Virus record (IMG/VR): IMGVR_UViG_3300025030_000042 | DNA length: 64,000 bases | Reading direction: 5' to 3' (one strand) | Origin: a virus | Taxonomy: Duplodnaviria > Caudoviricetes | Part shown: positions 46,120 to 55,970 of the stretch, one piece after another | Position numbering within the stretch: position 1 is the first letter of the stretch | How the letters are laid out: every line of letters begins with the position of its first letter | Program-made: the position numbers and the translations under genes | The notes under the pieces: generated by a model | Databases searched by the model: none | Told to the model about the DNA's origin: nothing | The model's input: the letters and a program-made list of their open reading frames with translations, nothing else

Positions 46120-46330
46120 TATAATAACTTTTTAAGATACTCACTCCGCTCTCGATTAAAACCTTTAATATTAATAGCTTCTTTTCCGTCTTTGATGTGC
46201 AGAGGAGATTTAATCCAAAAGATCCTACAAGGATCGTTACGATTTTCGGCACGCAAAATCAAACCCAATCCATTTTTATAAAATCTACTACAATATTCAA
46301 CCAAATCTCCAACTTAATATCGTTTTTCAT
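46119..46330 (-). pseudogene. frameshifted K(V/I)GDL-family gene
   Basis: ATGAAAAACGATATTAAGTTGGAGAT lacks one A for MKNDIKVGDLVEY. Confidence 0.65.
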
Positions 46331-46566
46331 TTGATTTTCTTTAGACTATCAATAGATAATATTGATATTTTATAAAATCCGTTATAATATATTGTTTCCG
46401 GTTTCTTTATCCAATATATAAGATAAAATGAAATATCTCGTATTTTTGACAATTTATTATCTTTTTTTATAACCAATCCCAAACCTTTAGTAACAATATC
46501 AGAATCATTTACATTTTCAAAACAATTCCATCTCACCAAATCGCCAACTTTAATATCACTAGGCAT
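46327..46566 (-). CDS. K(V/I)GDL-family protein
   Basis: DIKVGDLV..GLGLVI..YLIYWI. Confidence 0.7.
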   Translation of the reverse strand: MPSDIKVGDLVRWNCFENVNDSDIVTKGLGLVIKKDNKLSKIRDISFYLIYWIKKPETIYYNGFYKISILSIDSLKKIK

Positions 46567-46819
46567 TGATTTTTATCAAATAATCAATGGGGTGAATGTT
46601 AATCTTTTTATTGTAAAATCTGGGAATCTTTATCCAATAAATAAGGTAATAAAACGTAAGATATCTTTGTGAAATAATATCTTCTTTTCTCAATATCAAC
46701 CCCAAACCAATTGGTGGAGCACTAAAATCTAAAGGATATGAGTTATATCCAACCAAATCGCCTGGATAAAGTTCGGGGGACATACCAAGCATTGTAGCAC
46801 GGCAGTCCCCCGATGTCAA
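46559..46819 (-). CDS. K(V/I)GDL-family protein
   Basis: YPGDLV..GLGLIL..YLIYWI. Confidence 0.65.
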   Translation of the reverse strand: MTSGDCRATMLGMSPELYPGDLVGYNSYPLDFSAPPIGLGLILRKEDIISQRYLTFYYLIYWIKIPRFYNKKINIHPIDYLIKINA

Positions 46820-46845
46820 GTAGGATCACCCCCTATTTTCGGTTA

Positions 46846-47286
46846 TCATTCCACCTTTATAGTGGTAACCGGAATCTTTTTTAGTTCTTCTTTTTTGATG
46901 GTCACAATAAGAACGCCAGCATCATAAGAAGCGGAAATATTTTCTGAAATAGATCCTTGAGGAATTTTCCAAGATTCCTTTCGAGACGTAAGGAACTTTG
47001 AGGCTTTATTTTCTTTTTTAACTTCATAAAAAATCGTTAGCAGTTCTCCATCCAAAGAAATGTTGAAATCTTCTTTTTTAAGTCCCGGCGCCACAACTTC
47101 AATAATTATTTGATTGTCAGTTTCATCACAAAAAGATTGATTTTTGTTTGTATTCAAAATCTTTAAAAGTTCTTCTGTTGCTGGGCCGGGTTTATCGAGA
47201 TTCATATCCCACGGTTTAGCCGGCGGGCACGGGCAGTCCGAATATCCAAACCCCAATAAATCATTTTTTGACATTGTTAAAAACAT
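46846..47286 (-). CDS. Hsp20/alpha-crystallin small heat-shock protein
   Basis: EVVAPGLKKEDFNI..ISASYDAGVLIVTI. Confidence 0.88.
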   Translation of the reverse strand: MFLTMSKNDLLGFGYSDCPCPPAKPWDMNLDKPGPATEELLKILNTNKNQSFCDETDNQIIIEVVAPGLKKEDFNISLDGELLTIFYEVKKENKASKFLTSRKESWKIPQGSISENISASYDAGVLIVTIKKEELKKIPVTTIKVE

Positions 47287-47361
47287 TTCCTTTCCTCCTT
47301 TGTATATTTGCCGAATTTTGTCAACATCACAAAAGAGAACATAAACACAATATTTTTCTTA

Positions 47362-47670
47362 TCAACCCTTCAAAAGCATTTTTTCTTTTATTTTTTTATT
47401 ACCATTTAACTTTTTGCTTACTTCTTCCGGAGATCCGGCAACAACAATCGTTCCAGACTTCATTATTACTTTTGTAAATCTTGTATGTTCGTTCAATCCT
47501 TCTGGAAGCAATCCCATTTTCAAATGATTTACCATCGTTTCATCTAAAGATAACTTGACAACATCATTATTATTTATCCAAACTTCCTTTATTGTATATG
47601 GCTTTTTTGTTTTATCCGTTTGCGTAAACTTTTCTCCGGTCATAATAACTTCATAAAACTTTATCATCAA
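47362..47670 (-). CDS. hypothetical protein
   Basis: 102 aa; VAGSPEEVSKKL. Confidence 0.7.
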   Translation of the reverse strand: MMIKFYEVIMTGEKFTQTDKTKKPYTIKEVWINNNDVVKLSLDETMVNHLKMGLLPEGLNEHTRFTKVIMKSGTIVVAGSPEEVSKKLNGNKKIKEKMLLKG

Positions 47671-47891
47671 ATAAGTTTTCCTTCCTTATTCAACGCATAT
47701 GTTTCTTTTTTTCTTACCTTCCAAGTCTTTCCTTTATACAGCACCTTGGCACAGTTTATCTCTTCATATCCAAGATACAAGGCCACAATAGGTTCGGTCG
47801 TCCTAAAAAAAGAATTATAATCAAAAAGAGTAACCGAAGCTGGAATATATACAAGTTCTCCGAACTCTATTTCACTCTTGTTTTGTGTCAT
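47667..47891 (-). CDS. K(V/I)GDL-like small protein
   Basis: FGELVYIP; start re-picked. Confidence 0.6.
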   Translation of the reverse strand: MTQNKSEIEFGELVYIPASVTLFDYNSFFRTTEPIVALYLGYEEINCAKVLYKGKTWKVRKKETYALNKEGKLI

Positions 47892-48156
47892 TTGCTCCTT
47901 GTTTATGTTCGTCATATGATTGTAACACATCATAACAATCTTCAAGTGAAATGTCAACTTCAGTTAAAATTTGACGAATCCATTGAATATATGACATAAT
48001 GCTTTTTGGATTCTTGTTAGTAAGAAGCCAGGCGTTTATTTCATTTAATGAAAATGTTATATCGTTTTTTCTTATTGTGTCCGAAAGAGCCTTTGATAAT
48101 TTTGGATATATCTCATCTTCTTTCGTACGCAATGGTATTTTATAGATATTGCTCAT
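47872..48156 (-). CDS. hypothetical protein
   Basis: start re-picked. Confidence 0.6.
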   Translation of the reverse strand: MSNIYKIPLRTKEDEIYPKLSKALSDTIRKNDITFSLNEINAWLLTNKNPKSIMSYIQWIRQILTEVDISLEDCYDVLQSYDEHKQGANDTKQE

Positions 48157-48566
48157 AGTGACACCGGATCTGCGCCGGAAGCCCAAAAACATTTATTGTT
48201 TTTTTCATCCGTAATCATAAGAACTTCAATAAATGTTTCATTATTTTTATTCTTTTTAATATTACATTGATAAAACTCAAGATTTCCATAACGTGATTTT
48301 GTTCGTTTTTTTGTAGATTGAACAAAATCTACTTGGTTTAAAAACTCAATACATTGTTCGGTTATTTGTTTTTCTGTTGTTCCACCTTGTAACAAAGCGT
48401 CAACATCAACCTCCAAGTCTTCAAGATATCCGCATACCACCCACCTTTTAAATCCATAACTTGGAATATTCCACCAGTTTGATTGGTGATAGCGACCCAA
48501 ACGCAAATCATTTATTTCATCCGATTCTACAAATTCTGTAATAGGACGCAATTTACATTTAATCAT
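48153..48566 (-). CDS. hypothetical protein
   Basis: start re-picked. Confidence 0.65.
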   Translation of the reverse strand: MIKCKLRPITEFVESDEINDLRLGRYHQSNWWNIPSYGFKRWVVCGYLEDLEVDVDALLQGGTTEKQITEQCIEFLNQVDFVQSTKKRTKSRYGNLEFYQCNIKKNKNNETFIEVLMITDEKNNKCFWASGADPVSL

Positions 48567-48579
48567 TTTTTTCTCATTG

Positions 48580-48912
48580 TTAGAGGAATGCTTTGAAAAT
48601 AGCAACAATAACTGTAGAACCAATAACTCCCGCAATCGTCCAAAGTATTTTTTGTTTTGTCATAAGAACGGCATTTTGTATTGAGAGAGTGTTGATGTTG
48701 ACGTCAAGACCTTCAAACTTTTTATCAATCTTTTCAAATCTAATATCAATCTTGTCGGTTAAATGATCTATTTTTTGGTGTGTTTTTTCTATGCTATCTT
48801 CAAGTCTTTCTATTCGATAAGTAAATAATGTATGTTCTTCTGTTTGACTGTTTATTGATTCTTCTTTTGGAAACAGAAGTTCTGGCGCTAAATCGCGATT
48901 ATTGTTGCTCAT
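48580..48912 (-). CDS. coiled-coil protein with C-terminal TM
   Basis: heptad pattern then WTIAGVIGSTVIVAIF. Confidence 0.7.
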   Translation of the reverse strand: MSNNNRDLAPELLFPKEESINSQTEEHTLFTYRIERLEDSIEKTHQKIDHLTDKIDIRFEKIDKKFEGLDVNINTLSIQNAVLMTKQKILWTIAGVIGSTVIVAIFKAFL

Positions 48913-48983
48913 TCATCCCGCCCTCATAGAAGTAAAAAGTCTCCTCTATCAAATAAATAGTTTCTATGTATAAGAGTTTATAT

Positions 48984-50546
48984 TTATTCTTCAATAACCG
49001 CTGATTTCGTCATAATCAAAGTTGTCGCAACCGAAACCGCATTTTGAAGAGAACAACGTACAACCTTCATTGGATCGAGAATACCAGCAGAAATCATATC
49101 CGTCATTTTTTCATCGGAAATATTATAACCAATATAAAAACCTCTACTTCTTTCAATCTTGTTTATAATGACTTCTGGAGATACCCCAGCATTTTGCAAC
49201 ATCAACTTCAATGGCTTATATACCGCTTCTTTTAATACCTGCCCACCAAATCTTTCAGATTCAGAAAGATATTTAACCTTGCTTCTTTTTGATGCCCGAA
49301 TTAAAGATACTCCACCGCCCGGAAGTATACCTTCTTGTTGTGCCGAGCGAACTGCTTCCAAAGCATCATCAATACGATGTTTTTTTTCGATCATTTCCAC
49401 TTCGGTATTACCGCCAACACGAATAATACCAACACCACTTGCCAATCTTGTAATTCGTTCTTGAATGCGTTCACACTCTTTAAGATCTTCGGTCTGTTCA
49501 ATCTCTTTCTTTAATGTTTCAATCCGTTCATCGATTTTTTGCTCATCCCCTTTACCACCTACAATCGTTGTAAATCCTTTAACAATCTCAACAGATTTGG
49601 CAGAACCGAAATGAGCAAGTTTAATACCTTTTGGATTCAATCCTTCTTCTGCTGATACAAAAGCCGCGCCGGTTGAAATACAGAGATCGCGCATAATGTT
49701 GCGTCGTTCCTCGCCATACCGAGGCGCACGAACGGCAGTAACAAACATTGTGCCACGTTTGGCGTTAGCGATAAGGGCTGCCAGTGCTTGCCCATAGACA
49801 TCTTCTGCCACAATTAACAACGGTCGCTTTTCTCGGGCGGCAAACTCCAAAACAGGATAAATCATTTCAACAAACTCAATCTTTTGATCACAAACAAAAA
49901 TCATTGGATCATTATATTTGACCATCAAGTTTCGTTCATCAGTAATAAATACTGGGGATATAAATCCAGAATCAAATCTAAAACCATCAATAATGTGAAG
50001 TTCTGTTTTGTGGCTTCCGCCCTCTTCTACAAGAATTGCTCCATCTTTGCCGACCTTTTCAATAGCGGTTGCTATCATATTGCCTATTTCTTGATCTCCG
50101 TTGGCAGAAATGGTGGCAATATTGATAATATCTTTTTTATTACGAATCGGAATGGATTTATCTTTGAGATATTCTACGATTGCTTCGGTTGTTTTTTCTA
50201 TTCCCCGTTTGATTTCGATTGAAGCAAATCCCGAAGCGATATACTTTTGTGCTTGTTCAAGAATGGCGCCGACCAATACACAAGAAGTTGTTGTGCCGTC
50301 GCCAGACATCTTTTCGGTTTGACGGCACGCTTGTTTAATGATTTGTGCTCCGACATTTTCGATCGGATCTTCAAGACTGATATGAGATGCGACCGTAACA
50401 CCATCTTTGGTGGCGATAGGGTTCAATCCTTTGCGGTGAATGATTACATTTTGTCCACGAGGACCTAATGTTTGCGATACAACAGAAACAACTTTTTGAA
50501 TACCAGATAAGATCTCTTTTTGTTTATTGTCGTAGATTTTAATCAT
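48984..50546 (-). CDS. groEL: group I chaperonin GroEL
   Basis: TLGPRG, TKDGVTVA, GDGTTT, ERLA-like RITRLASGV, GGGV. Confidence 0.95.
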   Translation of the reverse strand: MIKIYDNKQKEILSGIQKVVSVVSQTLGPRGQNVIIHRKGLNPIATKDGVTVASHISLEDPIENVGAQIIKQACRQTEKMSGDGTTTSCVLVGAILEQAQKYIASGFASIEIKRGIEKTTEAIVEYLKDKSIPIRNKKDIINIATISANGDQEIGNMIATAIEKVGKDGAILVEEGGSHKTELHIIDGFRFDSGFISPVFITDERNLMVKYNDPMIFVCDQKIEFVEMIYPVLEFAAREKRPLLIVAEDVYGQALAALIANAKRGTMFVTAVRAPRYGEERRNIMRDLCISTGAAFVSAEEGLNPKGIKLAHFGSAKSVEIVKGFTTIVGGKGDEQKIDERIETLKKEIEQTEDLKECERIQERITRLASGVGIIRVGGNTEVEMIEKKHRIDDALEAVRSAQQEGILPGGGVSLIRASKRSKVKYLSESERFGGQVLKEAVYKPLKLMLQNAGVSPEVIINKIERSRGFYIGYNISDEKMTDMISAGILDPMKVVRCSLQNAVSVATTLIMTKSAVIEE

Positions 50547-50742
50547 TGTGCGTTAAAACCCCCTCTGGAAAATAATATCTAACATACGGAATATCATTAT
50601 TGCCTTTTACCATCAAGCCTTGTGAATCAATATTGCGAGATTTACAAAATATTTCTATAAAATCTATTACTTCGGACATTCTAACAGTATCCATCCCGCT
50701 TGCATTAAATTCAATATAGTTTTCAGTTATTTTAATAAACAT
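50539..50742 (-). CDS. hypothetical protein
   Basis: 67 aa. Confidence 0.6.
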   Translation of the reverse strand: MFIKITENYIEFNASGMDTVRMSEVIDFIEIFCKSRNIDSQGLMVKGNNDIPYVRYYFPEGVLTHND

Positions 50743-50926
50743 CGTATACTTTATACAAATATTTTGGTTTTATATAATCTATTACACCACTGCCGATCCA
50801 ATATATTTCCGCAATTATACAAGAATCCCTACGAACATTTCTTCTATAAAATCGTAAAACTAATCCCATTTTATAGCAAGAAAGATTATAATAGACCAAA
50901 TCTCCAACTTTAAATGAATGTTTCAT
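50732..50926 (-). CDS. K(V/I)GDL-family protein
   Basis: FKVGDLV..MGLVL..IYW. Confidence 0.65.
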   Translation of the reverse strand: MKHSFKVGDLVYYNLSCYKMGLVLRFYRRNVRRDSCIIAEIYWIGSGVIDYIKPKYLYKVYDVY

Positions 50927-51113
50927 ATTTTCTTAAATCTATTCCTAAATTCCAATCAATCTCTATTTCATCCACTACATTTTTAATCCAAAAAACCCTA
51001 TAAAACCAATCCGGATAATTTATCAATTTTTAATATAACTCCAGGATTCTTTTTTTATCCGAATACCAATAAACCAAATCACCGATCTTAAACTTTGTTT
51101 TTTCTATTTTCAT
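50910..51113 (-). pseudogene. K(V/I)GDL-family gene with two compensating indels
   Basis: FKIGDLVY / NPGVILKID (shifted frame) / YPDWFYRVFW. Confidence 0.6.
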
Positions 51114-51127
51114 CAATACTTATCTTT

Positions 51128-51346
51128 ATGAACACCGAACAAAAACTTCAATATAATAAAGAATCATCAAAAAAATATGGTTGGACTCCAGAGTGGTTGA
51201 GTGAATATGGTTTTACCGTTTCTCTTATCAAGAGCATCGAAGACTTTCAGCAAGAACAAAGTCTACCTATTGACGGTCTTGTCGGTCCCAACACATATAG
51301 ACGATTATACACACATAAACAGTTTTGTCAAGCGCCAAGTTTTTAA
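51128..51346 (+). CDS. stand-alone peptidoglycan-binding domain (truncated copy of amidase N-terminus)
   Basis: FQ..DGLVGPNT; near-identical to first 60 aa of 51965..52840. Confidence 0.7.
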   Translation: MNTEQKLQYNKESSKKYGWTPEWLSEYGFTVSLIKSIEDFQQEQSLPIDGLVGPNTYRRLYTHKQFCQAPSF

Positions 51347-51876
51347 AGAATAAGTTTATTTCCTTTACAAATATTTTCTCTTGAATCCAATGGTCGTAAA
51401 TTTTGTAATGACCAACATTTTTGAAACTCTTCTTCATCTAAAGATATAAAATTAAAAAATGATTGTGGAATAATATGATCTATGTTCCAAAATTTTTTAT
51501 CATCAGAAGATTTTGAATTTCCGTAATTTTCCCAAGACATCCAATCTTCAAATTGTGATTCAAGATGTTCTTTTAGTTGCTCAATAGTGTAAGGAAGATA
51601 TTTCATTATTGAAGAATTTTTTCCACTACATCTTTTTCTCAAATAATCTCTAATTGCACAAGAAATAACATTCCTTAAACGAAAATTTGGATCGTTTTTT
51701 CGTTTTTCATAAAATCTTTTTTTAACCAATTTTCTTTTTTCAGATCTATAATATTCATTACAACATTTTTTACAGTGTGTTCGCTTACCATCTTTTCTAT
51801 GACTATCTTTTGTAAATTCCTCTAAAAACTTTCTTTCTTTACATTTAGAACATCGTTTAGTTTCCATAAATAGCAT
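51343..51876 (-). CDS. HNH-family endonuclease
   Basis: CSKC..CKKC; MSWENYG..WNIDHIIP..NLRPL..EN..K. Confidence 0.8.
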   Translation of the reverse strand: MLFMETKRCSKCKERKFLEEFTKDSHRKDGKRTHCKKCCNEYYRSEKRKLVKKRFYEKRKNDPNFRLRNVISCAIRDYLRKRCSGKNSSIMKYLPYTIEQLKEHLESQFEDWMSWENYGNSKSSDDKKFWNIDHIIPQSFFNFISLDEEEFQKCWSLQNLRPLDSRENICKGNKLIL

Positions 51877-51964
51877 CCCCCCTTGAAATAAATAGGATGC
51901 TATTTTGTTTTATTATAATATAAAAATAAAACCTATTTAATTATATACTAGGAGACTTATATCA

Positions 51965-52840
51965 ATGACCATCGAACAAAAAATTCAATATAACAAAGAA
52001 TCATCCAAAAAATATGGGTGGTCCCCAGAATGGTTAAACGAAATAGGATTTACTCTTTCGCTTATAAAATCAATAGAAAATTTTCAAAATCAAAATTTTC
52101 TTTCTGTTGATGGTTTAGTTGGACCAAACACATATAGAAAACTATATACCAACCACCAAACAACTGAATTAAAAATAAATCAAACAATTATTGTCAATAA
52201 TAAAAATATTCCTATTACTTGGAATAAAGTAATCAATTTGCAAGATGTTGGTTCTTTATTGTTGCCGAAATCTTGTTATAAGAAATCGTGGACAAAACGA
52301 AAAGTATCGCAATTTGTTATTCATTGGGACAGCACTTTCAGTTCTCATCATTGTTATAACATTCTCAAGAAAAGAGGCTTATCGGTTCATTTTGAAATAG
52401 ATAACGATGGAACAATATACCAGTTTGTTGATACCAATCATATTTGTTGGCACGCTCCGGATAGTAACTATGTTTCCGTTGGCGTTGAAATGTCAAATGC
52501 GGTTTATCCGTTAAAATATCAAGACTGGTATGACAAAAACGGATTTGGAAAGCGACCGATATTGACTGGTGTTAAATGTCATAAAACTATTTATCCGCCC
52601 TTTCTTGGGTTCTATCCAATCCAGATTGAAGCATTGAAAGCACTACTAAAAACGGTTTGCTCTCATTATAGCATACCACTTCAAGTTCCATTGGATCCGA
52701 GCGGCAACCTAATAAATACAGTATATCCTCCAGCAGAACAACTTCAATGGTCCGGCATTCTTGCTCATTATCACCTTTCTTATAAAAAATGGGATGTTGC
52801 GGGATTGGATTTAAAACAAGTCGTTTCGGAAATTAAATAA
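51965..52840 (+). CDS. N-acetylmuramoyl-L-alanine amidase with PG-binding domain (endolysin)
   Basis: VIHWD, SVHFEI..GTIYQ, WHA..SVGVE, AH..KWD. Confidence 0.88.
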   Translation: MTIEQKIQYNKESSKKYGWSPEWLNEIGFTLSLIKSIENFQNQNFLSVDGLVGPNTYRKLYTNHQTTELKINQTIIVNNKNIPITWNKVINLQDVGSLLLPKSCYKKSWTKRKVSQFVIHWDSTFSSHHCYNILKKRGLSVHFEIDNDGTIYQFVDTNHICWHAPDSNYVSVGVEMSNAVYPLKYQDWYDKNGFGKRPILTGVKCHKTIYPPFLGFYPIQIEALKALLKTVCSHYSIPLQVPLDPSGNLINTVYPPAEQLQWSGILAHYHLSYKKWDVAGLDLKQVVSEIK

Positions 52841-52842
52841 AT

Positions 52843-53040
52843 TCATTTATTTAACTTTATAGCGGCACATATATTAACTCTATACTTCTCCAATATCTTG
52901 CGAGAAAGACAGGTTTCTTTTGATGCTGGAACAACAACTCTGATCCAATAATCACCTTTGTTAGAAATTTTCACGACAATGCCGATATTGCCGGCATATG
53001 ATTTGATGAGATCACCTATCTTAATATCATCTTTATTCAT
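52843..53040 (-). CDS. K(V/I)GDL-family protein
   Basis: IKIGDLI..IGIVVKI. Confidence 0.7.
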   Translation of the reverse strand: MNKDDIKIGDLIKSYAGNIGIVVKISNKGDYWIRVVVPASKETCLSRKILEKYRVNICAAIKLNK

Positions 53041-53242
53041 TTAACTTAATGAGTCTTTTTTCAAAATCGAATGTTTTCTCAAAAACATTGTAACTGCTAT
53101 CATTACCCTTAACAACAACAATATAATGATACTTTGTCATATCAAGTTCTGGAACGATTTTTATTATTATTCCAATACTTCCGGCGATTGTATTTCTTAT
53201 GAGATCGCCAACTTTAATAATGGATTTCGGCATTTTGATCAT
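53033..53242 (-). CDS. K(V/I)GDL-family protein
   Basis: IKVGDLI..IGIIIKI. Confidence 0.7.
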   Translation of the reverse strand: MIKMPKSIIKVGDLIRNTIAGSIGIIIKIVPELDMTKYHYIVVVKGNDSSYNVFEKTFDFEKRLIKLNE

Positions 53243-53393
53243 CCATCAAATATTCATCCCAATCGTAATAACAAGTTTTGCTTTCAAGTGGATGATTCGA
53301 AACATATTTTTTTAAAGAATCCAATGTCGAAAATGGTCCGATAATATATCGACCTTCGTGATGTTCTACCAAAACCAGAATCCATATTTTCAT
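53214..53393 (-). CDS. 59 aa hypothetical protein (not in track)
   Basis: MKIWILVLVEHHEGRYIIGPFSTL..; ATGA overlap. Confidence 0.55.
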   Translation of the reverse strand: MKIWILVLVEHHEGRYIIGPFSTLDSLKKYVSNHPLESKTCYYDWDEYLMDDQNAEIHY

Positions 53394-53848
53394 TGTTTAC
53401 TCTTTTGTTCCAAATACTTCTTATACTCAGCGCATGTTCTGCGGTTATGACCTTTTTCGCAACAAAACTGGCAAATATAAGTTCTTCCACTCTTCTTTTT
53501 AATATTTTGTTTTTGTTTACTTTTGCCGCCGGTGCGAACCTTTCGTTCCGTTCGCAAATGTTGATTAATTTTGGTCTTGACCGAATCGGATGTGGACGAA
53601 TATTCAATCAACGGATAAGGAAAACTGTTCAACCACTTATCCCACTCTTCTTCGGACTTGAAAGTTTTGCTCCAGATAACAAAATAGTTTTCTGATTTTG
53701 TATGTTTACCATCACCAGAGTTTCTCCAACCTTCCATATATAATTTGAGTTTATTTCCATTCTTTAAATCAATATTTTCGGTTTGAACACGATAAAGATA
53801 TTCTTCAACATTACCCGTTCTTATTCTCCAAGCGCTGGCCTCAATCAT
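53390..53848 (-). CDS. hypothetical protein with C-terminal zinc knuckle
   Basis: CQFCCEKGHNRRTC. Confidence 0.7.
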   Translation of the reverse strand: MIEASAWRIRTGNVEEYLYRVQTENIDLKNGNKLKLYMEGWRNSGDGKHTKSENYFVIWSKTFKSEEEWDKWLNSFPYPLIEYSSTSDSVKTKINQHLRTERKVRTGGKSKQKQNIKKKSGRTYICQFCCEKGHNRRTCAEYKKYLEQKSKQ

Positions 53849-54089
53849 TTGATTCTCCCATTTTAATTAAAATAATATTCAGAAGACTGTTGCTCGCAAA
53901 ATAATCAAATATATTATAATGTTTTGTTTTTATTTTGGGAAAAACATAATAATGATTTACTGGAATTGAATTCCCAACTCCTTTTTCTATTTTATATATA
54001 AACTTTATTCCATTTTCAAAATCTATATCTTTTATTTGAATCAAATCCCCTATTTTAAAATAATAACTATTCGATGATATTTTTTTCAT
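53841..54089 (-). CDS. K(V/I)GDL-family protein
   Basis: FKIGDLI; start re-picked. Confidence 0.6.
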   Translation of the reverse strand: MKKISSNSYYFKIGDLIQIKDIDFENGIKFIYKIEKGVGNSIPVNHYYVFPKIKTKHYNIFDYFASNSLLNIILIKMGESND

Positions 54090-54429
54090 ATTGTCTCGCC
54101 CAAGCAACCGCATCATTCCAAGTGTTAGGTCTGTTTGAACTTACACCCATTATTTCATATAAAACACCAAGACGATTGATGGACATTTGTTGCCAGTTGC
54201 TCAACATTATTTCGTCACCAAGCGATACTTTATCAACTTCTTCTTCGGATAGATTTTGATACTTTTTTTGAATCCCGGATTCGATCGACCAAGAAACTTT
54301 CTCCAACATTGCTATTGACGCATAAAGAATGTTGTTGGTAACTTTTACAATACGATAGTATCCCAGAAATTTTTGAAGAATGGCGTAGACAAAAGCCCCG
54401 CCGGCAAACCATAGAAAAGAAGTGAGCAT
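54067..54429 (-). CDS. membrane-anchored protein
   Basis: AGGAG RBS, N-terminal TM. Confidence 0.7.
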   Translation of the reverse strand: MLTSFLWFAGGAFVYAILQKFLGYYRIVKVTNNILYASIAMLEKVSWSIESGIQKKYQNLSEEEVDKVSLGDEIMLSNWQQMSINRLGVLYEIMGVSSNRPNTWNDAVAWARQYEKNIIE

Positions 54430-54470
54430 AAATATCTCCTGTCAAGAAAAAGTTGCTTACCTATGATCTG

Positions 54471-54498
54471 ATTGTAACACACGAAGAGCACGTGTCAA
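54471..54498 (-). promoter_or_regulatory. sigma70-type promoter
   Basis: TTGACA-16-TACAAT. Confidence 0.7.
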
Positions 54499-54522
54499 GA
54501 AAATATTTTATAAAGATTTCAA

Positions 54523-55146
54523 CTACTTGTGGGCAACAGACTGTATAACTTCACGATATATGGAAGAAGCATCGTTGTTTAATATATCGCGAAACTTTCT
54601 TCTAACATAGGAACGAAATGGAAACATAAAGTAATAATCAGTTCTACAAAACTTATCAACATATTTCTCAATATCGATCAAATCTTCTTCTATTCCACCG
54701 ACAAAATGAACAAAATATATTGACATCTTAAAAGCTCTATATTCTAAATATGCTCTACCTAAACTTGGAATTGGCGCCAGACACAAAAGAAACAAAAGAA
54801 ACCACAAATTCCATATTGCCAATATTGAAAATATAGCCAATATTTGTGGAAATAAATAAACAAACTGAAATATTATTGGATATCTTTTTTGATCAGATAT
54901 GTGAATATATTCGTGTGCTATTAGGGTACAAGTTGTTAGATTGTTTGTTCCATTTAAAATGGAATCATAAACAGAACTTGAAAAATATATCTTTTTACCA
55001 ATCGTGGTTGTATAAGAGTTTAAAAATCCCCTGTTGAAAAACAAAAGAACCGAAAGTAACTTCATCAGTTTGCTTTCGGTTCGATCGATTATTTGAAAAT
55101 CTGGATGTTTTTGTTTAATAAACTGGATTAAAGAATCGGATAGCAA
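54523..55146 (-). CDS. membrane-associated HExxH metallopeptidase-like protein
   Basis: TTTIG..IAHEYIH..EYRA. Confidence 0.65.
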   Translation of the reverse strand: MLSDSLIQFIKQKHPDFQIIDRTESKLMKLLSVLLFFNRGFLNSYTTTIGKKIYFSSSVYDSILNGTNNLTTCTLIAHEYIHISDQKRYPIIFQFVYLFPQILAIFSILAIWNLWFLLFLLCLAPIPSLGRAYLEYRAFKMSIYFVHFVGGIEEDLIDIEKYVDKFCRTDYYFMFPFRSYVRRKFRDILNNDASSIYREVIQSVAHK

Positions 55147-55155
55147 ATTAAAGTT

Positions 55156-55911
55156 TTACTTTTTAGATTGCTTTTTCTTTGATTCCGAAAGAAGTCGTTC
55201 GGCAACTCGCTTGGCAATCATATTGATCGCTTCGTTTACTTTTGTGGATTTCTTCCACTTTTGGCTCGCTTTGCCTTTATATGGATTCTTGGCTGATTCG
55301 TCGATTTCTTCGCCTTCACCAAGTTCAACAACTTCTTCAACGTATTCCGGTTTATCTTCCTCTTCTTCCTCGCCGCCTTCCATACCCTCTTCACCGCCTT
55401 CTGCGGGCGGTAACGGGGGCATCTCGTCGCCATCTGGCTCACCTGACGGCGCCATTTCTGCGCCCATATCGCCTTCAGCGGCAGGCGCCACACCAGCACC
55501 AGAAACATTTACGGAAACGCCAGAAACTTGCTGAATCGCATCGGCAATAGCGGAAACGAGATCGGCAACCATTGCTTCTTTTTCTGGATCGGGCTCGGCG
55601 TCGGGCATTTCTTCTGGCATTTCATCGCCCATGGGAGGCATTTCATCATCCGATCCCATATCCATTTCGGTCAGTTCTTCTTGTTCTTCAACTGCGGTCT
55701 CTTCTTCCATCTTTACTTCTTTGCCACCACCAAAGGTTTCATTCATCAACCCACCAATAGGTTGAATATTGGCAAGCTTCATGAAACGACGAATCGTCGC
55801 TTCATTTAGAAGTTCTTCTTTCTTGGTGTTTAGAACAAGCTTTTTAACCACTTTTGTCTTCGTTCCAGATCCAACCTTTTGAGAGGTTTTCTTGCTATTG
55901 TTATTACCCAT
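55156..55911 (-). CDS. acidic low-complexity protein, possible prohead core/internal protein
   Basis: LNEATIRRFMKLA; E/M/P-rich middle. Confidence 0.7.
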   Translation of the reverse strand: MGNNNSKKTSQKVGSGTKTKVVKKLVLNTKKEELLNEATIRRFMKLANIQPIGGLMNETFGGGKEVKMEEETAVEEQEELTEMDMGSDDEMPPMGDEMPEEMPDAEPDPEKEAMVADLVSAIADAIQQVSGVSVNVSGAGVAPAAEGDMGAEMAPSGEPDGDEMPPLPPAEGGEEGMEGGEEEEEDKPEYVEEVVELGEGEEIDESAKNPYKGKASQKWKKSTKVNEAINMIAKRVAERLLSESKKKQSKK

Positions 55912-55970
55912 ATTTAAGAGTCTCCTTGAATAAATATATCTATCTCCTTCTTTAAATAGTTTGTTATTTT

